Source: Craspedostauros australis
Lineage: Eukaryota
Length of the DNA: 58,963 nucleotides
Reading direction: 5' to 3'
Assembly: GCA_030167865.1 (NCBI GenBank)
Contig: JALAGF010001426.1
Coordinates: 1 to 58,963 of the forward strand
Part shown: one piece after another, positions 25,222 to 37,200 of the stretch
Layout: the number at the start of each line of letters is the position of its first letter
Numbering within the stretch: position 1 is the stretch's first letter
Notes under the pieces: generated by a model
What the model saw: the letters and a program-made list of their open reading frames with translations, nothing else
The model's database searches: none
Told to the model about the DNA's origin: nothing
Position numbers and translations under genes: made by a program

Positions 25222-26076
25222 GGTCAACGCTTCGTCTAACTCTTTCGGTATTGCTACAAGGGATGTGATGCAATGTGTCGCGATGTGATTGATGTGGGGG
25301 TACTAAGAGCACAAGTTCACAAGTGTTTCGCTTCACTTGGCGCAGTGCAAATACACCAAAGGCTGATGTGTCCAATGGCTTGTTGGTTCCCTCTGCGGCG
25401 GTGTCAGTCCGAGATCGGTGTTGCCTTCGCACAAAGATCCCAGCAAAAACCCAAGTTGATTTTCGCGGATACGCAAACTAAGTCGAAGCAGTCAAAAGAG
25501 TGGTTTTCCTCCTCCTGTCCGACAAGACAACTGCCACCTTCACGGACAAACACTGTTGTTTGAGACATTTGGGTCTGACCATCCACCAGATTGATAAAAT
25601 AATGCTTGTCGCAATACGTTAGATGGCGTTAATTGTCCAGTGAATAGTGTCAGAACAGGTCTGCGCACTTTTCTCCATTTCGCATTTTTCATGCAGTTCT
25701 GCTTGTTTCGGATCAGATTTATTCGCAATTCGAACGCCGGGATTGGTGAATCTTTGGCCTTCAACCATGATTGGTGGAGAGATGAGAAAAGTATCTTTTG
25801 TCGTCTTGTTGTTGCCTTTGGCTGTGCAGTTTGACGTGGTTCACCACGATGACCGATGGTTGTAGCTCTTCCGACGCTGTTCCGACTACAGTCCACTTCG
25901 ATCTCCAACAGCCAAGGGAACGTCTGCAGGACAACCGCAACAACGGCAGCAACAACAACAGAAACAGCAGAAGTAGTCGTACGATCGAGCAATCACCACA
26001 TCGCAAGAAAGCATCGGAATCACCATCACCCCCACATCTTTCCCGCAATCGCAGTACTTCTGCAGTCCGGTGCACA

Positions 26077-26886
26077 ATGCGAAAAGCAACCTCCATCTCC
26101 AGCCTCCTCCTGTGCGTGCTTCTGGCGAACCTCTATTCGCCATGCGTCGCTCGCACATTCCTGCCTCATGGCCGAGCCAAGGCTCCCATCACGCTCTCCG
26201 GCGGTGCTGCCACCGTTGGTCCCAAGCAGCAGGCGGTCGTCGTGAACCAGAAGACAGGCGATGCGGCCGCGACTGACGAGAGCACGAAGAAGGTCCTGGG
26301 CATTCCAAGCACCAGCCGGTTGGAACGCTTGCTGAACCGAATCTACGACAACGCCGACACCAACTCGGATGGCAACATCAACTTCACGGAAACGTACGAG
26401 CTCGTGCTGCAGATGTACGTCAGCCTCAACCGCAAGGCGCCCATCCCACCACCGTCGCGCAAGAAGGTCATGCAGCTCTTCCTCAAGTACGACGTCGATA
26501 CGAGCAACGAGATCTCGAAGGACGAATTCCAGGGCCTCGCCAAGGAGCTGGCGCGCCGCGCCTTGTCGCGTCTCATCGCCCACAAGCTCGTCACGTTGAT
26601 CGGCGCGCCGTTGCTGGCGGAATTCGTCATTCGCCGATTGGCCGGCAAGGCGTGGCCGAAGCGTCTCGTTTCCTTTCTCATTCCCAAGCGATTCCACGAG
26701 CGCATCTTGCCGATGGTGACGTCGCCGGCATTCGGCAGAACCCTGCTGCTCATCCTCCTGATCTCCTTCCTGGGCAACATCGTCATGTCCACGGTCAATT
26801 GGGTTTTGGACATGAGCCTGCCGCAGGTCGACGAGTTCGATGAGCCCACGCAGCGTCGTATCAAAAAGATCGAGCGGCGGCGTTAA
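26077..26886 (+). CDS. EF-hand pair protein with signal peptide and C-terminal hydrophobic helices
   Basis: EF loops DTNSDGNINFTE and DVDTSNEISKDE. Signal MRKATSISSLLLCVLLANLYSPCVA. Hydrophobic segments LVTLIGAPLLAEFVI and TLLLILLISFLGNIV. The ATG at 26077 was chosen over upstream non-coding-like sequence. Confidence 0.8.
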   Translation: MRKATSISSLLLCVLLANLYSPCVARTFLPHGRAKAPITLSGGAATVGPKQQAVVVNQKTGDAAATDESTKKVLGIPSTSRLERLLNRIYDNADTNSDGNINFTETYELVLQMYVSLNRKAPIPPPSRKKVMQLFLKYDVDTSNEISKDEFQGLAKELARRALSRLIAHKLVTLIGAPLLAEFVIRRLAGKAWPKRLVSFLIPKRFHERILPMVTSPAFGRTLLLILLISFLGNIVMSTVNWVLDMSLPQVDEFDEPTQRRIKKIERRR

Positions 26887-27698
26887 GAGAGCTGCCGTGC
26901 CGTTGTCGCATTGGCTGACCAATCCTTTACGAGTGGAATTGTGCAGGGTGCTCGTAGGTACGCTATCGTCGCTAAATTGCGCAAGTACGAAGGAGTCCAC
27001 AAGCAACCAACACACAGCGTGCATCAGGGATCATAGCTACATTGTGCGCGATACTACGAGTGCCTCGAGAATCACACTCATACCTGAACACACCTGGCTT
27101 CCCTGCAACATGTTGAAGCACATCAGCAGAATATATTCTAAAAGGTGCTTGCAAGACAAGATGGACTTTGACGATGTCCAGCGTGATCTCCAACCTCTCT
27201 ACACTCTCTCTACAGATCCCTCTCGTAGCCTGTATCACCTGTTCGACATGATTGGATTAGGCCTTACATAGGCCTGATGACAGTTTGACCAAAATGACCA
27301 AACCCATCGGAATTGTTCCGTCCGCAGTCACCAACCAACAACCAACCACTTTGGCCGAAAATGCCACATCAAAGACGCAAACAGCTGTCTTCCATCATCG
27401 TCAGACATCATCATCATCATCATCACCATTGCCGTCGGCACCACCACCGACACAATCAAACACAGAGACGACCATAAACGCAGCGTCGAAGTACAATACA
27501 ATACATCCGACATTTGCACATCCGCACACTGGAGATCCGAAGAGAGCACAAACCATTGGATTGGTGTTGTTGGGCGGAAGAAGGCGACGGGCGAAGCGTT
27601 GTGACAACCATTGGCACTCTGCGAGCAGCCAGGAATCGCACCAACCAGAGCCGACCGAGAACACTTGAATTGGTCGGACCAGCGAATCCAAAAGCGCA

Positions 27699-29828
27699 AT
27701 GATGCCATCGGCACGACGAAGCAACGTGGCTCAGCATGCACGGAATGGCATCGTTGTGAAGTCTGTGACCGCCACGGTGGTGCTGTCGCTGCTGCTGGTT
27801 GCACCTGCTCACGGATTCTGTCTCATGGAGGACCGCGCATCATGCTTCAGAATAAGTGCGCGTGGGCAGGCTTCCACCACAACAATGTCGCTCCTATCGT
27901 CCACATCAACATCAACTCATCATTTACAGAACACGCGACGACTGATTCAGCATCGTTCGCGACTGAATTCGTTTCGCTTCGATCCTGAATCTATCGCAGA
28001 TGAAGATTCCTACCTCGAGGATGACGATGACGACGACGACGATGACGAAGATTGGAATCAGCAGCAATTTGCCAGGAATGATAACTTCGACAATGGCTTC
28101 AACAACAACAACAACAACAACAACAACTTTAATGGTGGCAACGCCGGATACGACTTCACTGAAGAGGACATGGTCAAACGCAAGGAAGCCTCCAAAGCCA
28201 AACAGGCGATCGCCAAGGATTTCACAACTGCATTGTGCATCATCCCACCCAACTCCAAGTGGGACACCTTGCAACGCGCGAGGCACACGGCGGGGGATCC
28301 GTCGTATCATGAATGGCCACCTGCCATCCGTCTCTTCCATCCCTTCAACGGATCGCCCTTCGATGTGGCGGAGATCATCGAGGCGTTGGACTTGGAGACC
28401 TTCGAGATCACCCTCGATAAGTGGACCATTGTTCCGCACCTCGAGGCCATCGAGGCGCAGTGGCAAGCCTCGATGTCCGACGATTCGGCCATGATGACAG
28501 GATCCGAGTTCGAGGCGGTGGCGGACGCAGAGCAGGAGGAAATATTCGAGCTCATTGCCAGGGAAGAGCGAATTGGACGCGAAAAGCGATTGCTGCGGCT
28601 GCGGAAGGAGGCATTGCGGAATCAGATGAGGGAAGCGGGTGCCGAAGCGAAGGTTGCAGAGGCTGATGACAGTGGGCAAGAAAACGAGCAGGTCAACGAC
28701 GAAGGCCACGTTGAAAGACCGAAGCAGACCCTGGAAAATTTGAATAACAAAAAGCCCAAGGCGCGGAAAGATGCAAGCTCGGCATCAGCAAAAGCTAAGA
28801 ATAAGTCGCCGCGGGCGGTCCTGAAATCTCAGCGCGAGCAGTACGAGGAATTCAACGGCCCATGCCTCATCTGTCTGGAACCAGACCATGACAGCCTCAT
28901 GATTCTGCAAGAGGTGAGAGAGGCGTTGCAAGAATGCATGGATCATGATCCGTACTTCTCCGTCGCCAGTTTGTACTCCTGGAATACCACGGATTCGAAT
29001 CCCTCGAAAGCAGCATCTGCATCCAATCTATTCGGGATGAACACGTTCGACAGAGAGAGTGGCGGCACGAGGGCGTCTGGAGAGAGCTTCCGTCCCATCA
29101 TGCCGATTGGATCCTTCAACTCCGTCTCGGCGGCGATGGATATTGCCAAAAAGATGAAGGAGGACTGGGAGCCTCTGACTTTCTCCATCAGAGATCTGCA
29201 TATCATCTCCTGCCGCGACGAAGCAGGCATGGACGAAATCGATGCTGATCAGGCAGTGGCTGAAGCTGCAGCGAGTTCTGCCTCGTACTCCTCCAACGTC
29301 GAGGCAACCATGTCGCTCACCAATTTGGACTCGAAGCCGTGGGGGTGCAACGCGAAGATCTTTCTCATGGGCGAAGAGGTACAGCAGGACGAAGACTTTA
29401 ATCAAAAAATGGTGGACAAGCTTGTGGACGAAGGTATTTCCGGCGGTTGTGACTACACGAATGATTACATCGTCCTGGAGGACGAGGAGGAGGTGGACAC
29501 GTCCGAACTCGAGGCCTACCTCAACACCGACGAAGACTGGGATGACGGGATGTCCTTCGTGCTGGGTCGCATTCATTTTTACACCGGAGACAAGCGATCG
29601 TACATTGGCATGCCGGCCTCCTCTACGGTCGATAGCAAGGACCGCATGGCGGGGGATAAGGGTGGGCCTATCAGCGGCGCCGCGCGTCGGCGAAGCACCC
29701 TCCATCGCGATGGTAGCCGCTGGAAGGATGGTGAATTTGGTCGCAAAACTGGCGACTTCAGTCCGTGGTCCCGACGAAAGGAAAATCAAGTCAAAAAGAA
29801 GGCGTCCAAAAGACTCAATGATGGTTAG
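27699..29828 (+). CDS. Acidic low-complexity protein with a degenerate 2H-phosphoesterase (2'-5' RNA ligase-like) fold; possible plastid leader
   Basis: 709-aa ORF. TTALCIIPP..WDTLQRAR..D...EWPPAIRLFHPF resembles the S/TAL.IIPP..W..IQ..R..D..RW.PH..L..PF pattern. The second lobe is ICLEPD..L..LQ..RE.L..FRPIMPIGSF. Leader VVLSLLLVAPAHG-FCL. Poly-D and poly-N tracts. Confidence 0.7.
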   Translation: MMPSARRSNVAQHARNGIVVKSVTATVVLSLLLVAPAHGFCLMEDRASCFRISARGQASTTTMSLLSSTSTSTHHLQNTRRLIQHRSRLNSFRFDPESIADEDSYLEDDDDDDDDDEDWNQQQFARNDNFDNGFNNNNNNNNNFNGGNAGYDFTEEDMVKRKEASKAKQAIAKDFTTALCIIPPNSKWDTLQRARHTAGDPSYHEWPPAIRLFHPFNGSPFDVAEIIEALDLETFEITLDKWTIVPHLEAIEAQWQASMSDDSAMMTGSEFEAVADAEQEEIFELIAREERIGREKRLLRLRKEALRNQMREAGAEAKVAEADDSGQENEQVNDEGHVERPKQTLENLNNKKPKARKDASSASAKAKNKSPRAVLKSQREQYEEFNGPCLICLEPDHDSLMILQEVREALQECMDHDPYFSVASLYSWNTTDSNPSKAASASNLFGMNTFDRESGGTRASGESFRPIMPIGSFNSVSAAMDIAKKMKEDWEPLTFSIRDLHIISCRDEAGMDEIDADQAVAEAAASSASYSSNVEATMSLTNLDSKPWGCNAKIFLMGEEVQQDEDFNQKMVDKLVDEGISGGCDYTNDYIVLEDEEEVDTSELEAYLNTDEDWDDGMSFVLGRIHFYTGDKRSYIGMPASSTVDSKDRMAGDKGGPISGAARRRSTLHRDGSRWKDGEFGRKTGDFSPWSRRKENQVKKKASKRLNDG

Positions 29829-30299
29829 CTGTCGCAGATCATACATCGAATGGTGCAAGGACTGGGGTCGATTATGCTGTTCATGACATTCCGTTATGAA
29901 TGGCACTATCAGCACCTCTTCTTGGGCATCGCAGGGGAGGAACATCCCTTTTGCAGTTACTCGCACGGTAGAAATTTAGCTTTGAGTATTATTCCAGTTG
30001 CCGTACCGTCCACGGGTCGTAACGGTACATACGAATCTGGAGTGTTTTCATGATAGACAAGTTGTTTTCGCAAGTCCCTGCCCACGTCCACTCCGTCATG
30101 TTCTTGAGCATCACAATCATCGATGTTTTGAAAAGCGCAATCGCAGGCTGCGCTTCATGGGCACGTTCAGTCGACAAAGCATGATGGATGCAACACATAC
30201 AACTTCCTTTGACTTTTTCGGTCCTTCTATGTACTACGTTATGTCTTATATGCATTGTGTGTATGCCCGAGTATGTCCGGATGATGCTTTCCTGCAGAT

Positions 30300-31752
30300 T
30301 CAATGAGCTCCACGCAGCTTCAAAGATCGAGTCTGCGGAGAGGACCAGTTCAAGTACTCCTCGACGTCAACCACGTTGGCTCCACCGTAGTAGTCCAAGA
30401 TGGTGACCTTCTCGAGGTCGATGGTGAAGTACTGACCACCAGTATGGGATCCACCCTTGGCCAACCATGGCGCGAACGGATGTCGAGCACCAAAGTCACC
30501 CTCGATCTTCGCGAGCACCGCGACATCCGTGACTGGCACGGCCGTTCCATACAAAACGACACGGGCGCAGAGCGGGTGCTCCGGATCGAGGCCGTCGCAG
30601 ATGGTCTGATCCTTGGCGTTGAGGCGATCGGCAAGTGCCGCCTCGGACATGGTGATGGCGATCTCCGGGTTGGCCTCGACGTCGACGTTGGTCGGATCTG
30701 GCGTGGGGAGGTAGAAGTGTGGCAAACCGGTGCAATCGGCCAAGGAGCTTCCGTCCACGATGGATCGGATGTTGCCCCACTTGGATCCCCCGAGGCGGAC
30801 GGAAGTGGTGGAGACTGTATCGTCGTGTTTCGTGATGTGCGTATTGTAGTCAGCAGGCGATTCGTATTGGTCACGGCGCGAAAGTGAGGGGGAAGAATGG
30901 AGAAAGCGGCAATGGTAAGTCTAGAGAGGAAGGTAGATGGAGCCGAATCGCCAGCCATCAAATGTACACAGTGATCCAACTGGTGGCACATATTGCAAGC
31001 AGCACGGGTAACTCACTGGTTGCCCACAAGGACTTCGCCACAACCCAACGCGAACGCTCCACCTTCTTCTTGCTGTCGGGCACCTCCACCTTCTTCGGGC
31101 TTGCAGCATCCGCATCGCTCTCGATGTGCGCTCCCGAAAAATCGCTCTCCTCAATCCACTCGAAAGGATGATGCTTGGGCTTGGCGCTTCGGAAGTCTTC
31201 GGGATCGATGACGCTGCCGCCGCCGAAGCTCGCGATCATCCAAATGTCGGAGGGTTGCAGTTCGTAGACGACAAATTGATGATCATCCGGCCATTGGGCC
31301 ATGCTGGGATGCTTGTCGACGAGCGCGTCCCATCCTTTTGAGCAGGCTTCATCGTAGGTGCTCTTATCGACGGGACACGCCTTCGTGGTGCCCGTCAGAG
31401 TGATCTTGGCGCACCGCGGATCTTCGGGATCCAGGATCCCGAGCTTCCCGCAGGCGGCCTTGGCAAAGTTCTTCGTCGGCGGCAAGGCGGCCTCGCTGAT
31501 GGTGAGAGCGAACTCCATGTCGTTGCTGTCTTCGCCCATGAGATAGAGATAGACGCGGCCCTCATCCGTGACGCCGTAGGACAGAACCGACGTATCCAAA
31601 GCGTCTCCTGCTGCGGCGGCCGTGGCCGTGCCCCAGACGCCCTCGCCGACCAACCAGCGGGCCTCTTCGGCGTCCTTTTTCTTGGACGTCACGGCGCCGG
31701 CGTGGATCGTCGCGGCCAAGGCCATGATGATGGATGCAGCAAAGATCTTCAT
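30300..31752 (-). CDS. Secreted protein with two tandem CREG (FMN-binding split-barrel-like) domains; 2 exons
   Basis: Exon 1 is 31752-31017 and exon 2 is 30814-30300. The intron GTGAGT..CAG (31016-30815, 202 nt, phase 1) joins LWAT-I-STTSVRLGG. Domain 1: ARWLV..WG..LTISEA..DPEDPRCAKITLTG..KHPSMAQWPDDHQF..FGG. Domain 2: SRWVV..WATIST..WGNIRS..DG..TGLPHFY..DPT..ITMSEA..DPEHPLCARVVLYG..RHP..LDYYGG..EEY. Confidence 0.88.
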
Positions 31753-32756
31753 TGTCGTCGTTCTTGTGATCGCTGTGTTCGGCTGTGTTCGGTTGTGTTC
31801 GGTTCTTCTTGGCTTGTGCAGTTATGAGAGCGGAGTGCTTCGATAGAGACGGATCGATTGATGCAGTCACAGTTGCAGTGTCGGTTGCAGTGTCAGTTAC
31901 AGTGGCACGAGGCTCCCGCAAGATAGTGAAGAGAGAGAAAGAGTGAAGGATGAAGCGTGGCAGTTCTTGATGTCGACATGAGCCGAGCGCTTGGATCGCA
32001 ATTGTGCTACCATCTTCTTTTCCCGGTTCTGCGAAATTGTGAAGAGGGCAGTGCGACGAGTGCTGAGATTAGCTCTTTCGGCAGATTCTAATTCGCTCCC
32101 AAAATCAATCTAAATGGCAATTATCGACTGATTGTTGTGTTTTGTCTGAATTGGATTTGCGTTAAAATGGATGCACGGTAATTGACAAGGGTTGGGATCG
32201 TGTTTGTGTGTCACACAAGCGCGTGTCTGAAGCGTGCCTTGAATCCGAAGAACACTCAAGATGCACTCGTGGTTGGGCAACCAAAAACATGACTTGTCGT
32301 GTGCGATGGGGATCCCTTCGCGAAGGCATGCTGGAGGCACATCACGGAGTCGAAGATTGACGAAGCGAGAAACAGCCTGTGCAGACATCAGGTGGCGCGC
32401 AATCCAACAAACACGACGCGACGCGATACAGCACAACACGGTGCAATGGCCTTTCATCACGTCCTTTCCGCTTCTCATCGCCAAGTCTCCACCCGTCGGA
32501 CAGATCCACCATCTCGCTTCACTTCACTTCACTTCATGGAATCACTCATAATCACAAACCCAAAGTGAATTGAGGGGATCATACTTGCTCTCTGCGATAG
32601 AATACAGCCCATAGTAGCATAGCATCGCAAGATCTGCCACCGAGAGAGCCTCCAGCCATCAAGCTTCGCCCTCTCCAAAGATCCAACAAGGACATCTGCA
32701 GCAGCAACGAGAAACACCAAGAAACGAGAAAGCAAAACGAGAACAAGCGGGGAACC

Positions 32757-34040
32757 ATGAGACTCAACATTCTCGCAACGTGCGCCAGCTTGTGGGCCTG
32801 CGCCGGACAGGCCAACGCCAAGGGCCCCATCGAGACCGCCAAAGAACTGTGCTCGGACCCCAACACGGGCGCCTTCGTGGCGCTGGTCGCCGACGACTCG
32901 AGCTTCGACGATGTGGCGGGCATCATACCGGATTCGGAGCACCGCCGTCTGATGGCCGAGAGCGGCGGCAGCAATCGCCGCCTAGCCGAAACCAAGACGC
33001 AGCGATGGATGCTGCAGGAGGAGAAGAGGAACGACCCCGACGCCATCCGCGGATCCCTCACGGGCAAGTACCTGCAGCTGGTGCCGGACCTGGGCGTCTC
33101 GTATCCCGCACGAGGCAAGCACGTCACCAACGTGCACAAGGATCTGCAGGAGGGCCGCGCGCCCTTCGTCAACTTCCGGCTCTACGTCGAGAAGGACGGC
33201 GAGGGATGGCACACGCTCTTCGTGCGATGGACGGGCGGCGACATCACCGGCGGTGGCGACTCCTTCTACGTATCCCTCTTCGAGTACAGCAAGAGGCGCT
33301 ACCCCGACAGCCAAAAGATCGTGCCGGCCCAGCGCACGCTCAAGCCCAAGGTCGTCCCCATCTCGTCGGGCATCACGGACTACGCCGGATGCTGCTACAA
33401 CCCCAATACCCACGCCTGCCCCTGCTACGATCAATGGCGAAGTGAAACAGACTGTCACAACTTTATCGACCGCAACCGCGCCGCCGAGATGCGCGTGCAG
33501 TGCCCCGTTGGCCACGGCGTCACGGAGTTCGTCCACGACCCGCAATGGTACCTCTACGCCGGTCAGGACGTCGGCAACTCCAAGGACTTCAACAGCGAGC
33601 CGTGGGATGTCACGTGCGAGGCGGAAGGTGACAACACGGTCGACTCCGGCAAGAACTTTGCCTCGTGGTACCTCATGCCGGGCAGGTACGATCTGCGCAT
33701 CTACGGCCGCGAGGATGGCACCGCGTTGGATGCCATCTACGTCGCCGGGCCCAAGGCGGAGACGCCCATCATCGGCCTGACCTACAACGAAGGCGATTCC
33801 ACCTTGTGCAAGAAGTACGAAAAGTACGAGAAACCGAAGCGACGCAAGAGGAGGTTCATGATCTCCATGGGCTTCCTCTCTGCCTTCGGGGTCCTCGGGT
33901 TCGCCCTCTACATCAAGTTCACGGAACGAGGCCAGGACCTCACCCACCAAGCTTCGATGGTCGTTGGGTCTTTCGCGACGAACGACGTCCCCCTCAGGGC
34001 AAGATCCCAATACGCGCCCATGCACAACGATGGCATCTGA
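32757..34040 (+). CDS. Type I membrane protein with signal peptide, RRL motifs, Cys-rich beta-sandwich-like ectodomain, one TM and a short tail
   Basis: 427-aa ORF with strong GC3 bias. Signal MRLNILATCASLWACAGQANA. GWHTLFVRW..GDSFYVSL..PGRYDLRIYGREDGTALDAI resembles carbohydrate-binding accessory beta-sandwich modules. TM FMISMGFLSAFGVLGFALYI; tail contains YAPM. Confidence 0.8.
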   Translation: MRLNILATCASLWACAGQANAKGPIETAKELCSDPNTGAFVALVADDSSFDDVAGIIPDSEHRRLMAESGGSNRRLAETKTQRWMLQEEKRNDPDAIRGSLTGKYLQLVPDLGVSYPARGKHVTNVHKDLQEGRAPFVNFRLYVEKDGEGWHTLFVRWTGGDITGGGDSFYVSLFEYSKRRYPDSQKIVPAQRTLKPKVVPISSGITDYAGCCYNPNTHACPCYDQWRSETDCHNFIDRNRAAEMRVQCPVGHGVTEFVHDPQWYLYAGQDVGNSKDFNSEPWDVTCEAEGDNTVDSGKNFASWYLMPGRYDLRIYGREDGTALDAIYVAGPKAETPIIGLTYNEGDSTLCKKYEKYEKPKRRKRRFMISMGFLSAFGVLGFALYIKFTERGQDLTHQASMVVGSFATNDVPLRARSQYAPMHNDGI

Positions 34041-34206
34041 TCCAATCTTAGTTCGTCGCAGACGATGTAGCGATACCACGTAATACTAACAAGAGTACTC
34101 TATGCACATACCAGAGCACAACAACAACGAAGATATCCCACGTCATAACATGCACGTTGCTCATGAAAAAATGTGATTGACAAAATGTATCACCGAACCA
34201 GCGTTT

Positions 34207-37200
34207 TCAGATCGAGTACTGATCGTCCGACACGGAGTTGGCCAACCGAAGGACGCCCTCCTCATCCTCCACGACGGCCTGATCCGGTTGCGAGAATTCC
34301 GACATGCCCGCGTCGCCGATCGATGTCTGCACGACATTCAGGAAGGTCCACAGACGGTTGGGATTCAGGGCGGGTCGGAAGCTGTAGACGACCTCGCGAT
34401 TCACCACCACGTTCATTGTGTTGGGGAATGGCTTCAGCAGCGTGGACGTCACGTTCTCGACGACCTGGAACTGCACGAGGGCCAAGTCGAACAGCATCAC
34501 CTTGGAGCTGCCCACGAGCGGGATGAAGGACGTCGAGAACAGGATCTGGTTGGGGGTGATGTAGCACGTGCCGGATGTAGACGTCCCCAGGCTGATTCGG
34601 AAATGCAGCAATGGAACTTGCGCCAACAGCATGGTCGGGTGGCCTGGCTTGCCGATGTTGTTGGCCTGCTGGGCCTTGATAACGAAGCTGTCGGATGCCT
34701 TCAGCGCCACCTTGGAATGGACGTGGGAATCGCGGATTCCACGGATCACCGCCTGTTGATGGCTTTGCATCTTCGACAACCTATCCATGACCTGCGCATT
34801 CTTCCTGCCCAACCGCGCGCCTTGCTCTTCGTCATCTTGCTTCACGAATGCATTGTACACCATCTCGACAGCATCCGGCGCCTGCACCTGCTGTGGCTGG
34901 TCACCGTCTGCGGCCGTGGCTGCTGGAGCAGACCCATCGATCCCCATCCCCGACATGCCCGTGAACACACTGGCCATGGGACCGGACACGGCGGTCATCT
35001 GCTGCACCTGATTCAGAGCCTCCATGACCTTGGTGCCCCACGGTGGACACGCGACTTGCGGTGGCGCGTAGTCGAGCGGGTACTCCTCCAGCGCCTTGGC
35101 TCGTGGCGGCGACAAGGGTGGCGCGCCGTAATGCGAGACCATCGGGTCCAGCAGAGTCAGCAAGGTGGCGCACGAGTACTCTGCCGATTTGGCGTAATCC
35201 TCGAGCTCCTTGGCCGACTTTAGGAGCTGCGAAATCATGGCCTCACGCGACAGCCGCCGCAGCTGCGAGCAGTAGTGCACATCGAGCGTTGGCAAGGACG
35301 GGAATTGTCCAAACGGAAGCGTCATCAACGTGTTGTACGTGCAGTCGCGAGTCTCGAGCGCCTCCCAGAACGTGGCGACGAGAGGCCACGAAACATCAAA
35401 CATCGACCAATCTTTGCTGGACAATGCCGGCAACGTCAAGCGTCGAATCGTCGGAGGCGTGGCCTTCTTGTTCTCCTCGCGCACGCTGGGGCAGGGTCTG
35501 TAGTTGGTTTCCAAGTGCGTCGCTACGGCACCCTGCAGATCTTCCTTGCGATCGTACTGTGCGTCATTTGCCAACACGCCATTCAGCCACAACGGTTCAT
35601 CACCAGCAGATTCCGCCGAACTTATCGACCTGGAGGATTTGCCCTTCTTGCCAGATTTGGCATTGGCCGCGGCCATGAGGCGTTGGATCAAGCTGCACGC
35701 CTGCTTCACCTGGGCATTCGCCTCCGGGTTAGCTTTGGATAGAGATGTTGCAAATGAGATTGGATGTGCTGATGGCATGGCTGGTTCGCCTTGCGCTTTG
35801 TCTTGCTTGTATTTGGCCAGCATCGCCCCGGCTTCCTGCATTGCTTCCGGGTCATCTTGGATGTGGTAGAAGCGCATCACCAACCTGCGTTCGAGCTCGT
35901 CGCTCTTGAGCGTGCAGAGCTGCACGTCCACCACGTACGCGATGATGGATTTGTTGGATTCGCTCATGCTGGTGACAGTCTCGGACTTGGCATCAGGGTG
36001 CGGGTACACCAATGCAGCTCGGAAGTGACCGCCTTGCCGCTTCAGGACATGGGATGCGATCGATGGCGAACCATCAGCATGCGCCGTGAAGCCGCTGTGC
36101 ACCGCCTCCATAACGGCACCGCAGAGAACGTCGGGCCGTATTCGCAGCGACATGGTGCGTATTGGCAGCGGTTCTTCCTGCGGTGCTAGTGCAGGATCGC
36201 CAGGTCGGACATTGTCACCCAGCTCCCCTCTTGCCTCCGACTGATTTTTCGACCCGCGATTTGGAGTTAATTTCTTGCCCGTCTTTTGCAGCCGACCGAC
36301 CACCGCCTTGCCCGCCTTGGCCTGTATTGTTTGCAATTCTGGTTCGGATGGCTGCGACGGCGTTTGCGCTTGGTGTGGCAACGGACTCCCGACCGCAGCC
36401 CGCATGGCAGCAACATTCGCAGCCTTGGTCGGCGTTGCCGCAGACACACCCGCCTGCCCTTTACTAGACAACGATGATGTGTTGTGTACGTTGACATCGT
36501 GATGCAGCAAGCCTGTGTACAGCCGTTTTAGCTTTCGGAATGGCACAGGCAGACAGTATTCCTTGAGCAACTCGGTGCTGTACGCGAAGTCCTCATCTGC
36601 ATCATCCTTGCTGTCGCCGTTGGTACGTGCAGTTACAGGACCCTGCTTCATCGTCGTTGGATCAAGATCCAAAAACTTGGTCAAATCGCAGTAGTACCAA
36701 CCTCCGATCTTTTCGGATGACAGTTGCAGATGATCCGCATGGTCCTGCAGGGTATACGCCAGTGGCATTTTCTTCTTGTGCCTTTGTTTGGATCGTCCAT
36801 ATGTCGGACTCGACGAGGCAGTCGTCGATGACGTCGCCGTTCCTGCTGCTATCGAAGTTTGATCCTCCGCAACGGCTCCGGCGCTCGAAGTCAACGACGC
36901 CGCTCCGATATCTGCAGACATCCACTGTTCCGGTGGTTCTTCCGCTTCACGCCGTGTCTCATCCACCATGTCTGCATCGTCTCGCAAGTGCTGTTCCGGC
37001 TCCATGGCGGCGCGTTTGGAGGGAGTGATCTGTTCTTCCGGATCCAGATTGGAACCAGGCGATCGCGTGAGCGAGGCAATGAGCGAAGTCGAGAAATCAT
37101 CGGCGAACTCCATCTGTTCCCGCAGTATCATCTCGCTTGCCAACAGATGATCCATCTCCTCGTCGAGATCGTCGTCGCGCATTCCGTCGTCGCTGGGGAT

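Noticed and set aside
32982-35223. 365-aa minus and 348-aa plus ORFs
   Set aside because: Antisense shadows of the genuine genes at 32757-34040 and 34207-37620.
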